This document shows positions 10,266 through 18,543 of a stretch of 64,000 bases of DNA, piece after piece. This DNA comes from Thermoplasmatota archaeon. GTDB lineage: Archaea > Thermoplasmatota > E2 > DHVEG-1. The stretch lies in contig JAUXAU010000006.1 of NCBI GenBank assembly GCA_030619765.1, forward strand, positions 766-64,765, written 5' to 3'. The first letter of the stretch is position 1; the number at the start of each line of letters is the position of its first letter. The translations under genes were made by a program, and so were the position numbers. The notes under the pieces were generated by a model. The model did no database searches. It was not told the DNA's origin and saw nothing but the letters and a program-made list of their open reading frames with translations.

Positions 10266-10277
10266 ATTTATAAATAA
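10266..10277 (+). promoter_or_regulatory. candidate archaeal TATA box (atttataaataa) with a purine-rich BRE-like gaaag just upstream
   Basis: It lies about 30-40 nt upstream of the ATG at 10309. An AGGTGA RBS sits at 10297..10302. Confidence 0.3.
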
Positions 10278-10308
10278 GCTTAACTAATGTATACTTAGGT
10301 GAACTAAT

Positions 10309-10542
10309 ATGGTTCAAGCTCTGGTAAAATTAAATGATAATATAAATCGAGTTTTAAATATTATCAAGGCAAAGTATGACTTGAAAGATAAAAGCGAGGC
10401 CATAGAATTTGTTGTAAACAAATATATTAAGTTTGAGAATGAACCTGAACTAAGACCTGAGTTTATAGAAAAAGTGAAGAAAATTAAAAAAGAGAAAAGC
10501 ATTCGTGTCGATGACTTTGCCAAGAGGTATGGGCTAGACTAA
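10309..10542 (+). CDS. type II antitoxin (small DNA-binding N-domain plus a toxin-binding C-terminal tail)
   Basis: 77 aa. The stop overlaps the toxin start. The C-terminal tail PEFIEKVKKIKKEKSIRVDDFAKRY is paralogous to the tail of CDS 14319..14621. Confidence 0.6.
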   Translation: MVQALVKLNDNINRVLNIIKAKYDLKDKSEAIEFVVNKYIKFENEPELRPEFIEKVKKIKKEKSIRVDDFAKRYGLD

Positions 10543-10832
10543 TGTATGATCTTAACATCAAGCCAACCGCAGATAAGATCTTTAAAAAATTGGCAAAAAA
10601 GAATCGTAAACACTTAAAAATAATCCATAAAAAAATCCAAGAAATTAGAAAAAAACCAGAACATGAATACAAACATTTACGTAAACCTCTTCAAAACTTC
10701 AACGGAATCCACATTAATGCTCATTTTGTTCTCATTTTCACTATCGATCATATCGACAAGGTGGTTGAGATTTACTATTTCGGCCATCACGATGATGTTT
10801 ATAGGTGGAAATCATCTAAAAAAGACGATTAA
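10542..10832 (+). CDS. RelE/ParE-superfamily toxin
   Basis: 96 aa. It has a basic N-terminal helix and the C-terminal core FVLIFTIDHIDKVVEIYYFGHHDDVY, typical of archaeal RelE-like toxins. It is translationally coupled to the upstream antitoxin. Confidence 0.75.
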   Translation: MYDLNIKPTADKIFKKLAKKNRKHLKIIHKKIQEIRKKPEHEYKHLRKPLQNFNGIHINAHFVLIFTIDHIDKVVEIYYFGHHDDVYRWKSSKKDD

Positions 10833-10907
10833 TCAAAGAATGCTTTTAGACAAGTAAAAGTTCAGAATACTGGACAAGGCTTTGAATGGAGGCTTTCAAA
10901 AGGATAT

Positions 10908-12044
10908 CTACAGGACGAAATGAAATGTTGGGTCTCCAATAATTATTGTGTTACCTAATGACGTGTCTTTGATCATGGATTCGGCGAGGGTTTTTCCTTC
11001 TAGTAAATCTGGTAAGGCATTCTCAATAAAACTAACTGTATAGGAGAATCCATTTTGGGATAGGAGACCTAGAGACATAACCTTCACATGTTTACTTGTA
11101 AAGATTTTAGATCCATACCATATACCATTTACACTTGAGTCAAGAGCATTGTTGTCAGGTTGGTCTGACCACCAGCCATTCACATAGCATCCATCTGCTC
11201 CAAAGAATGGTGTATCTAATTGATCTATGTTATCTGCAGAAAACCATCCATTGATATCCGTTCCAGAGGGGTTAGAATGACCATGAACAAGGTATATTGA
11301 GTAGGCCTTGTCCAATGACATTTTTACTTCTAAATCTGAAGGATCCTCAACGTAGTTGAAATCTTCATAATCACTTAAACTTAGGTAAATACTCTTTGAA
11401 TTTTTATTGATATCAGAGCTTTCAAAAGCTAGCATATCTTTGAGATAATAACTGTTTCTTTGGGTGCAGAATTTGTTGAAAGCATAAATTATTTGTGATT
11501 TCTTTGTTTGAAAATCAAGTGTGTGAGTTGGATACAGCAGCGATACGCATATATCTGTTGTATATGGCTTGGAAACAACCCCTCGTTCTGATATTTCGTA
11601 GGCTGCTTCTCCACCAATTGTAGACCATGGTACTGTACTTGGTTTTTCCATGTAATCATAATCCCCAGCTAGTGCAGTATCAATATCTTCTCCGACCATT
11701 ATACAGGCTTTAATGTGATATAACAAGTAATACTGTTCAATTGTTTGATCTATCTTTTCATAATCATTATTTTTTTGTTGTATGAATATAATCTTCGAAT
11801 TCCAGCCAAGATCTTCTTTTACGGTGTTAATATATGAATCGATTGAGGTGATTATTTCTGTATCATAGCTGTATTGAGGTGAAACAAAAATCAACATATC
11901 TATTCTTTCTTGAATGTTTGTAGATAGAAACATTGCATAGTTTTGAGGGAGCAATACCTGTGTTTGGGCTGATATGATGGGCACTCCTATGGATAAGATA
12001 ATAAGTCCAAGCACGGTAGTGGTTATGTATATTCTTTTTTCCAT
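10908..12044 (-). CDS. secreted clan-CD (C25/gingipain-like) cysteine-peptidase homolog
   Basis: Signal-anchor present. LVHGHSNPSG...WFSADNIDQLDTPFFGADGCYVNGWW aligns with the His/Cys dyad block of CDS 4263..6626 and with the gingipain motif PFIFDVACVNGDF. Confidence 0.5.
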   Translation of the reverse strand: MEKRIYITTTVLGLIILSIGVPIISAQTQVLLPQNYAMFLSTNIQERIDMLIFVSPQYSYDTEIITSIDSYINTVKEDLGWNSKIIFIQQKNNDYEKIDQTIEQYYLLYHIKACIMVGEDIDTALAGDYDYMEKPSTVPWSTIGGEAAYEISERGVVSKPYTTDICVSLLYPTHTLDFQTKKSQIIYAFNKFCTQRNSYYLKDMLAFESSDINKNSKSIYLSLSDYEDFNYVEDPSDLEVKMSLDKAYSIYLVHGHSNPSGTDINGWFSADNIDQLDTPFFGADGCYVNGWWSDQPDNNALDSSVNGIWYGSKIFTSKHVKVMSLGLLSQNGFSYTVSFIENALPDLLEGKTLAESMIKDTSLGNTIIIGDPTFHFVL

Positions 12045-12399
12045 CTCTTTTCACACCCAATTAGATGTTATACTCTTCTATAGATTATATTTAAACCTAT
12101 GTGATATACTCTGTCAGTTATCATATATAAATATATGGTGTAAAAATGTCAAAATGAAAGATATAAACTTTTAATTTCTAATAAAAAAAAATGAGAAAGA
12201 AAGTTTTATTTTTTGTTTTCTTATATTGTTGCTACAAAGTGTTTTAAAAGTCTACATGCCTGTAAAAAAATGGATAGTAGATCGGATTGGTTTTCCCGAT
12301 TCAACCCATATTTTTTGGTTAGGTGTATATGATCTTATTTTCTCAGAAGAAGTAATTTCGGGAATATGCAATGTATTTTGGCATTATATATGCTTAAGA

Positions 12400-12831
12400 T
12401 CACCTAGGATGCAATTCCTTTTCTACAGTCGTAAGTAAGATACCTATTATCTTTTCTATGGTGGAACTGTTCCTTTCTAAATAATCATCTGCAACGTCTC
12501 GTCCTCTGTATTGTATATCGCTTCTCAATCTCCGCATATTATCCAAGAAATGTATCTGAAAGTCGTCCAGTGCCGTCGGATAAAATTCCTCCATAAAGGA
12601 TATAAGACATTCGTGACTGTAACTTTTGTAACCATGTATTGCTAAAAGGGCACATAGGAGTTCTTTAATGGCTTCATAGTAAGATTCTAGAAGCAACTGA
12701 GGGAATTCATCCTTTCTCCTTTTTTCTATAGATTCTAATCTTCTTGTAGCAAGTTGAAGAAGAGATTTTGCCTGTTCTGAGTTTTCTTTTACTTTTTTTA
12801 CTTTATACTCTAAACAGTCTTCCCATTTCAA
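12400..12831 (-). CDS. HEPN-domain protein, partner of the upstream nucleotidyltransferase
   Basis: All-helical 143 aa. It has the HEPN-like motifs ESYYEAIKELLCALLAIHGYKSYSHE and MRRLRSDIQYRG (an R-x-x-x-x-x-Y variant). The TTG start follows the MNT stop codon directly. Confidence 0.65.
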   Translation of the reverse strand: MKWEDCLEYKVKKVKENSEQAKSLLQLATRRLESIEKRRKDEFPQLLLESYYEAIKELLCALLAIHGYKSYSHECLISFMEEFYPTALDDFQIHFLDNMRRLRSDIQYRGRDVADDYLERNSSTIEKIIGILLTTVEKELHPR

Positions 12832-13374
12832 CTAGACCACCTTCAAAAACCCACTGAGAACAATTCCGTTAGCAAGCGTATTTTTTAGTTTATCATCTAT
12901 CTTTTCTATATCTGGTTCAAACAATAAAGTAATCTTCCTTTTTAACTTATGCTCATACTTACTTAATTCAATGTCTCCCGCATTGCTCTGAACGAAAATA
13001 TCTACATCACCTCTTTCATCATCTCTTCCATCTACTGCGCTACCATATAAAACGATACTATTTGGGGTAAATCTTTCTTCTATTTTCTTTACTAGGCCGC
13101 AATCCCTTAATCTTACTAATAAGTCATTTCTCTTAAATATTCGGTAATTCTCATTCATTGAGGATCTATGCCCTTTATAGACTCCACCTTTTACTTCATG
13201 CAGGAAACCATGCGCTAACAAGACTTCTACATGTTGCTTTACAGAAGGCAAAGAGATGCCTGTAATTCTTACCAGCTCTCTTAGTTGAAACTTCTTATTT
13301 GGTTCATCAAAAAATACTCTCAGAATCTTATACCTATTGAACTGCTGATACATATAACTATCACCTGATAACAT
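12832..13374 (-). CDS. winged-HTH plus minimal nucleotidyltransferase (MNT) fusion protein
   Basis: The N-terminal wHTH reads LRELVRITGISLPSVKQHVEVLLAHGFL. The polymerase-beta-type NTase motif reads LYGSAVDGRDDERGDVDIFV. Confidence 0.75.
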   Translation of the reverse strand: MLSGDSYMYQQFNRYKILRVFFDEPNKKFQLRELVRITGISLPSVKQHVEVLLAHGFLHEVKGGVYKGHRSSMNENYRIFKRNDLLVRLRDCGLVKKIEERFTPNSIVLYGSAVDGRDDERGDVDIFVQSNAGDIELSKYEHKLKRKITLLFEPDIEKIDDKLKNTLANGIVLSGFLKVV

Positions 13375-13517
13375 ATTATATCATCTGATATAAATAACTA
13401 TCTGTAATCATTGCTAGGTGTTGCTCTTAGATGTATAAAATTTTTTGATAGTACTTTTTAGAACACACGTTCTTATTATAGTACAAAATAACTCAGGTGA
13501 TATTCCCAAGCAGAATT

Positions 13518-13592
13518 TTAAAAATAAACGAAGAGGAGATTTGCTGCATTAAATTCTTCTTCCGCCTGATCAAGATACTCTTTATATGGCAT
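13518..13592 (-). pseudogene. 24-codon remnant of a HEPN partner gene (MPYKEYLDQAEEEFNAANLLFVYF*)
   Basis: The ATG overlaps the 3' end of MNT gene 13582..13914, as in intact MNT-HEPN operons. The peptide resembles the first HEPN helix, and the frame then hits TAA. Confidence 0.3.
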
Positions 13593-13914
13593 GAATGGCT
13601 TCTCCTCTCACATTATGCAAAAAAATGGTATCTCGTTTAAGATCTTTTGATTTCATAGTTTGAACCGAGATATATTCCCCTGTTTCCATTAATATATCAA
13701 ATGCCATTGCCGCAAGTTTCATCTGATTTTTAAACACATTTTTCTTTACTATCACAATAATATCAATATCCGAATCGGTTTTTGCTTCTCCACGAGAAAC
13801 ACTCCCATAAATCAAAATATCGACTAAATTATCTTTTAGTAAATTTTTTGCTTTTTTAGTAAAATCTTCTATTGCTTTACCATGAAATTTGTTTATGGAA
13901 TTATTTTTTTTCAT
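13582..13914 (-). CDS. minimal nucleotidyltransferase (MNT-type antitoxin-like)
   Basis: 110 aa with the NTase motif LIYGSVSRGEAKTDSDIDIIVIV. Confidence 0.75.
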   Translation of the reverse strand: MKKNNSINKFHGKAIEDFTKKAKNLLKDNLVDILIYGSVSRGEAKTDSDIDIIVIVKKNVFKNQMKLAAMAFDILMETGEYISVQTMKSKDLKRDTIFLHNVRGEAIHAI

Positions 13915-14109
13915 ATTCTACCTGACAGCAAATAAATAAATTAGATGTACTTAATCATTATCCTGGTTATAATCTTAATCTTATGAAAATCAAAATAAAA
14001 AATATTGCTCTCATATAATAGTCAAATCAAAAAAGATGACAGAATTTGCTATCTCTTTTATCTCCCTGCCAATTGAGCGATTTCATCTGTATTGTAACCT
14101 TATTCATAA

Positions 14110-14127
14110 CCGAAATTTTTAAATATA
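14110..14127 (+). promoter_or_regulatory. candidate BRE/TATA element (ccgaaa tttttaaatata)
   Basis: It lies about 46 nt upstream of the ATG at 14173. An AAGGTGAT RBS sits at 14161..14168. Confidence 0.35.
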
Positions 14128-14172
14128 ATCATGCATATACATATATCTATGCAATTGCATAAGGTGATATAA

Positions 14173-14319
14173 ATGGTAAGAATGACTTTTTCAATATCAG
14201 ATGATTTAAAGAGGAAACTTGATTCTAGACCTGATGTAAACTGGCCTGAAGTATTTAAGGAAGGCCTGAGGAAGAAACTAGAAGTGTTAGAAAAATTACG
14301 TGCAAGAGGTGTACTATAA
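14173..14319 (+). CDS. small ribbon-helix-helix-like protein (48 aa), first gene of a three-gene RelE module
   Basis: This ORF falls below the track's length cutoff. It reads MVRMTFSISDDLKRKLDSRPDVNWPEVFKEGLRKKLEVLEKLRARGVL. The TAATG overlap couples it to the next gene, and a good RBS is present. Confidence 0.5.
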   Translation: MVRMTFSISDDLKRKLDSRPDVNWPEVFKEGLRKKLEVLEKLRARGVL

Positions 14320-14621
14320 TGGCATGCATCACTGTTTCGGTAGAGAAGCCATTTAAGGAAAGACTGAGAAGATTTCCTTGGGTGAACTGGTCAAAAATAG
14401 GTAGAGAAGAACTGTTGAAAAGATGTATATTTGATAAATATATGAAGACAGGAAGAATAACAAAAGAGGAAGAGGAATTCTGTGAAAAAATTGATTGGCA
14501 TCCTGTAGATGAGTTCCCATTAAAAGAAGAATTCATTAAGAAACTCAAAAAAGTAGAAAAAGGCTCACATTCCAAGCCAATGAAACCCGAAGAGTTGAAG
14601 AAGTGGTTTAAGGAATTATGA
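14319..14621 (+). CDS. antitoxin-like protein: an RHH-like N-domain paralogous to 14173..14319 plus a toxin-binding tail
   Basis: The N-terminus ITVSVEKPFKERLRRFPWVNW parallels MTFSISDDLKRKLDSRPDVNW. The tail EEFIKKLKKVEKGSHSKPMKPEELKKWF parallels the tail of 10309..10542. A 4-nt overlap couples it to the toxin gene. Confidence 0.55.
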   Translation: MACITVSVEKPFKERLRRFPWVNWSKIGREELLKRCIFDKYMKTGRITKEEEEFCEKIDWHPVDEFPLKEEFIKKLKKVEKGSHSKPMKPEELKKWFKEL

Positions 14622-14896
14622 GCTTCAAAATCATAATCTCGAATGAGCTCAAAAAGAGTTTGGCTATCCTCAAACGAAAAGACAAAACCGCCTATATTGC
14701 TGTGGAGAATAAGATTTTTCAAATTGCCTCCTGTGACCAAGCTTCTATTGAACGTTTCAAAAATCTCAGAGGGAATTTGAGTCATCTCAAACGGGTTCAT
14801 ATTGGCAGCTTCGTACTTATTTTTAGGATCAAAGACGACGCTGTCGTCTTTGAAGAGTTTGGCCATCATGACAGGATTTACAAGAAGAGGCCCTAA
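14618..14896 (+). CDS. RelE/ParE-superfamily toxin (paralog of 10542..10832)
   Basis: 92 aa. The core FVLIFRIKDDAVVFEEFGHHDRIY matches the other toxin's FVLIFTIDH..VVEIYYFGHHDDVY. Confidence 0.75.
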   Translation: MSFKIIISNELKKSLAILKRKDKTAYIAVENKIFQIASCDQASIERFKNLRGNLSHLKRVHIGSFVLIFRIKDDAVVFEEFGHHDRIYKKRP

Positions 14897-15349
14897 GATA
14901 TCAATCTCATTTCCATCTTCATCATAAATAGTCCTTCGTCTCCTTGTTTATAATGACATGAAAATCCCTTCTTTTGAAGCCCTTTGCCGAGTTTACAGTA
15001 CAATATCTCAAAATAAATCCACATGCTGAGCATTTCCCATATCCATGACTTTTATGTTTTTCTCATTTCCTTGACACAAATGACCCCTGCGCCTCCGAAT
15101 CCAACACCTGCGCTTCTCAAATGCTATATGCATCTATTTTTTTACTTGTTTGTTGCCACTGTGTTTTTATGTGAACGCTTGGTCGTAGGATATCTCACCT
15201 TTGCCTTTTTTGGCTCAAACTCATAATAGTTCTTATCATCAAACCATGCACACCGGAGTTTATCAAGAGGAATGGAGATTCTGAAAGAAAGCCCAGAAGC
15301 ATAAAGGTAGAGCTGAGAGGTAACTGTCTTTTAAAACATTCACTTGTTC

Positions 15350-15919
15350 TCATTCTATCACTGGCTTTGTCCCATATAAAACAATTCCATCAAGAATTAC
15401 ATCAAGATAAAATGCTCTATTTTTTTTTGCTTGATTTGACCATTGTGCAGGGCTGAAATTTACAAGGTTAACATCACATCCTAGACGTTTAGCGAGTTCT
15501 GCAGTAGGTTTATTTTTTGCTAACGAAATAGTGAGTATATCTACGTCACTTTCTTCGTCATTTTCGCCTTTTGCAAAACTTCCAAAAAGGATAATCGAAG
15601 TCACTGTATTCATTCGATGTAGAAGGAAATCAGTTACTTTTTTTTCTTGTATACAAGAGAGATTGTATGATATCTTTAGGTGACGAAAAGCTGGGTTTTC
15701 AATGTTAGCTTCGTATAAGATTCTGTTTTTTTCTTCGAATTTAGTTAATAACTCATCGTTAACTAGAAGAGCAAGGGCTCTTTTTACAGTCATCGGATCC
15801 ATTTTTAAGATTCTAGCGGATTCTCGTAGATAATAACTTGAATGAGGGTTTTTAAGAAATAATGTAAGAACATCCAGTTGTTTGATTTTTTGATACAACT
15901 GTATCATATTTTCATACAT
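15350..15919 (-). CDS. winged-HTH plus nucleotidyltransferase fusion (paralog of 12832..13374) with no intact HEPN partner
   Basis: The wHTH reads LRESARILKMDPMTVKRALALLVNDELL. The NTase motif reads ILFGSFAKGENDEESDVDILTIS. The 450 bp downstream contains only fragmentary ORFs. Confidence 0.7.
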   Translation of the reverse strand: MYENMIQLYQKIKQLDVLTLFLKNPHSSYYLRESARILKMDPMTVKRALALLVNDELLTKFEEKNRILYEANIENPAFRHLKISYNLSCIQEKKVTDFLLHRMNTVTSIILFGSFAKGENDEESDVDILTISLAKNKPTAELAKRLGCDVNLVNFSPAQWSNQAKKNRAFYLDVILDGIVLYGTKPVIE

Positions 15920-16005
15920 ATATTTTTAGTTTATATATCTTTCCTTGGTTATAAGATATAACAAAAAGAGTTGAAAAAATAAAAAAAGAGGTGTTTTATG
16001 GTTTT

Positions 16006-17862
16006 TTACTTCCTCTTTTTGCCTTTTTTATCGTACATCAGGGCTATCATTAGAGCTATGAGTGCTAGTATACCTAAGAGAACAATTGCTATGTTATCCG
16101 CTAAGATATTTTCTTCAATATGAACTGTCATTTCAGATGAGGATGACGATTGGTTATCAGATGCTGTTACTGTTATGTTGTATTCTCCTGATTCAGCCCA
16201 GCTGTGAAGCATGGAAAAAAAGTGTCCACTTGGTAAAAATCCACTTTCGTCGGTGGAACCATCGCCCCAGTCAATAATATAGTTTATTTCGTCATTATCT
16301 AAATCTGTAGATCCAGTCACATAGGAGTATTTAGTGTCTTTGTTACCAGTTGTAGGGCCAAGTATCTTTGGAATTGATGGAGGTCTATTTGGTACACTTA
16401 TAAAAACTACAGTTTTGTCAATATCTGAAGATCCGTCATTATCTATTACTGTTAATGTAACCAGATATGATCCACCTTTTGTGTATGTATGAGTCATCAC
16501 TTCACTAAATCCAGTGCTTCCATCTCCAAAAGACCAGCCATATTGTGTTATTACCCCATTTAGATCATAACTTTCTGAGCCGTCAAATTCAATTTCTTCT
16601 TCAATTACTCCATAATATGGGCCACTTGCATTTGCAACTGGGGGAGAATTTCCGGACATAATGTTGCTTGAGCTATGGGTTGTAACCTTGGGTTCTTCGG
16701 GTTCTTCAGGTTCCTCTGGTTCCTCAGGTTCCTCAGGTTCCTCAGGCTCTTCAGGTTCTTCGGGTTCTTCTGGCTCATAAATCACTTCGACTGACCAGTC
16801 ATCAATGTTGTTGCTAAGGTTTCGATCTCCACCAAGCCACCATTGATCAAGGGAGCGATCTGCACCTTCAGCATCGGTAACATTCACTATATTAGTAATA
16901 AAGCTACCCGGTTCCTCAACGACTGTGTAGTTGCACTCATAGGTCCAGATTTCATCTGGATCGATAAGGCCGTTGTCATCAGTATCTCCACCAGTAAAGA
17001 TAGGCGTTCCGCATACATTATCTTCAACTACTGGTGTGACGCTAGCAGGTCCATCGTTGGTTACCTGGTAGTAGTAAGTGATATTGTCGCCTGGAAGGCA
17101 ATACTCTGGCCCGCTTTTTTCGATGGCAAGATCGAAGGTAATTATGTTGAAATGGGTAAAATCAGGGTAGTTTTCTCCAGTTGTAAAAGAGATACAACCA
17201 TAGGCAGATTCGTATCCATCAGGTAGGTCGATTTCACAGAACTGATAGGTGCCCTCGCTTAGCCAGATGCGCTTTATAGAAGATTCACTGATTGTAAAGA
17301 TATCAAGGACTTCTCCGCCCTTTGACATGTTAATTGTGAACTGGGTGTCTGGATCGTTATAATCAATACTCTCCTCTTCCCAGTAAAGAAGTACCTTTTT
17401 ACTTAAAATGAATGGATACAAAGTGTATTCGTCTGAGGCGTTCACCATCTTTTTCTTCCATACACCAGAAGCTATGGCGGTGTTTACCAGAGGTTCTGGG
17501 AAAGTATCCCTAGGTGTGTAGGTACAGGTAAACGTCCATATCTCATTGGTATCAAGTTTGCCGTTGTCGTTCTTATCACCGGAAACATAGCTTACTGGAC
17601 CGCACTGATCATCACTGACATTAACGTTGTAAAGGGGTACATCTCCTGTGTTGCTGACGTTATAGTAATACGAGATTTCATCTCCTACATAGCCAAAGAT
17701 TGGGCCTGTTTTTATAATCCTTATACCAGGAGTATGACATGAACTTGCAATAGGAACAAATGCTCCAGCTATGAGAATCATTGCTATTGCGTAAATAGCT
17801 GTTTTTTTAACTAAACTGTTTTTGTTTTTTCCAAATACATCTTTTTTCAACATAACATCCAC
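16006..17862 (-). CDS. C-terminally membrane-anchored surface protein: two repeat domains with Ca-binding-like loops, an (EEP)n acidic linker and two PKD domains
   Basis: Signal-anchor present. The repeated blocks are GDKNDNGKLDTNEIWTFTCTYTP and GDTDDNGLIDPDEIWTYECNYTV. An EEP repeat follows. The PKD motifs are WSFGDGS...HTYTKGGSYLVTLTVIDNDG and IDWGDGS...HSWAESGEYNITVTASD. The C-terminus is a TM segment plus KKGKKRK. Confidence 0.75.
   Translation of the reverse strand: MDVMLKKDVFGKNKNSLVKKTAIYAIAMILIAGAFVPIASSCHTPGIRIIKTGPIFGYVGDEISYYYNVSNTGDVPLYNVNVSDDQCGPVSYVSGDKNDNGKLDTNEIWTFTCTYTPRDTFPEPLVNTAIASGVWKKKMVNASDEYTLYPFILSKKVLLYWEEESIDYNDPDTQFTINMSKGGEVLDIFTISESSIKRIWLSEGTYQFCEIDLPDGYESAYGCISFTTGENYPDFTHFNIITFDLAIEKSGPEYCLPGDNITYYYQVTNDGPASVTPVVEDNVCGTPIFTGGDTDDNGLIDPDEIWTYECNYTVVEEPGSFITNIVNVTDAEGADRSLDQWWLGGDRNLSNNIDDWSVEVIYEPEEPEEPEEPEEPEEPEEPEEPEEPEEPKVTTHSSSNIMSGNSPPVANASGPYYGVIEEEIEFDGSESYDLNGVITQYGWSFGDGSTGFSEVMTHTYTKGGSYLVTLTVIDNDGSSDIDKTVVFISVPNRPPSIPKILGPTTGNKDTKYSYVTGSTDLDNDEINYIIDWGDGSTDESGFLPSGHFFSMLHSWAESGEYNITVTASDNQSSSSSEMTVHIEENILADNIAIVLLGILALIALMIALMYDKKGKKRK
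16691..16771 (-). repeat. nine tandem 9-bp units (ggttcytcn on the plus strand) encoding the (Glu-Glu-Pro)n linker
   Basis: The units can be read directly: ggttcttcg ggttcttca ggttcctct ggttcctca x3 ggctcttca ggttcttcg ggttcttct. Confidence 0.85.
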
Positions 17863-18173
17863 ACCATTTTATTTTTATTACTCCTTATTTTGCTAGTTCG
17901 CTTATTAAGGACTTGTTGTACAATTGTTATCAGGTATCTTTGCCAGTTCTTACCCAAAAAAAAAATTAAAATTATCACAGTTTTTTTACTCTGCAAGTTT
18001 ACATTTTATTATAACACTCAATTTGAATATATGTTTTTCAAATCCTAACTCAATGCTTAGGTGAAAACATGGATTTATAAGGATATGTTTTTAAAGAAAC
18101 AGAGATTATGAAATTTTGTAATTAAAAGGAGCAAGTATTGCTCAGTTTGTAAAAGAAGATAGCGGGGGAAATA

Positions 18174-18478
18174 ATGATATGGCAAGATTTTATACATCAA
18201 TTCTTAGAAAGATTTATTGGAAAACCAGAAGATTTGTATCCAACTTGGTCTTTGGAGGAAATAATAAGGTGCGAAAGTACGCACTTCTTATTTTCTTGTT
18301 TTATGGGTTGGCTGGTACTCTCATTGACCTGGACCATTTTATCATCGCGCAAACGGAAATGGCCAGACCGCTACATCTTCCATACTTCTTTATTGTTTGG
18401 ATTATCTGCATCTGTTACTATGCATATATTCATAGACGGGTTCACAAATATCGCTTAAATCAAGAGAATATGAACTAA
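18174..18478 (+). CDS. small two-TM membrane protein; reading frame ambiguous because two overlapping same-strand ORFs exist (18174..18458 and 18179..18478)
   Basis: Both frames stay open for about 95 codons, and both give two hydrophobic segments. One frame has THFLFSCFMG...TMHIFIDGF (His/Asp pattern). The other has LIDLDHFII. Confidence 0.35.
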
Positions 18479-18543
18479 AAATTGTCGATAAATATAAAAC
18501 CAGAAATTTAAATAATAATTATCCTATTCGTAAGTGGATTAAA

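Noticed and set aside
14255-14869. 204-aa minus-strand ORF spanning the second TA module
   Set aside because: It is antisense to three short genes that each have an RBS, translational coupling and recognisable RHH/RelE features. Its own sequence is low-complexity (S/F/L/N-rich) with no start context, so it is a shadow ORF.
14897-15349. Fragmentary minus-strand ORFs (for example ...LYLYASGLSFRISIPLDKLRCAWFDDKNYYEFEPKK..., MHIAFEKRRCW..., ...LGKGLQKKGFSCHYKQGDEG...) and the 67-aa plus ORF 15023..15226
   Set aside because: No frame is open for long, and I could not recognise a start/RBS or a family motif with confidence. The region may hold gene remnants but cannot be called as a feature.
16691-16771. 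A regular short repeat array, considered as a possible CRISPR or minisatellite
   Set aside because: The units are 9 bp, contiguous with no spacers, and in frame inside a long CDS where they encode (EEP)n. This is a coding tandem repeat, not a CRISPR array.
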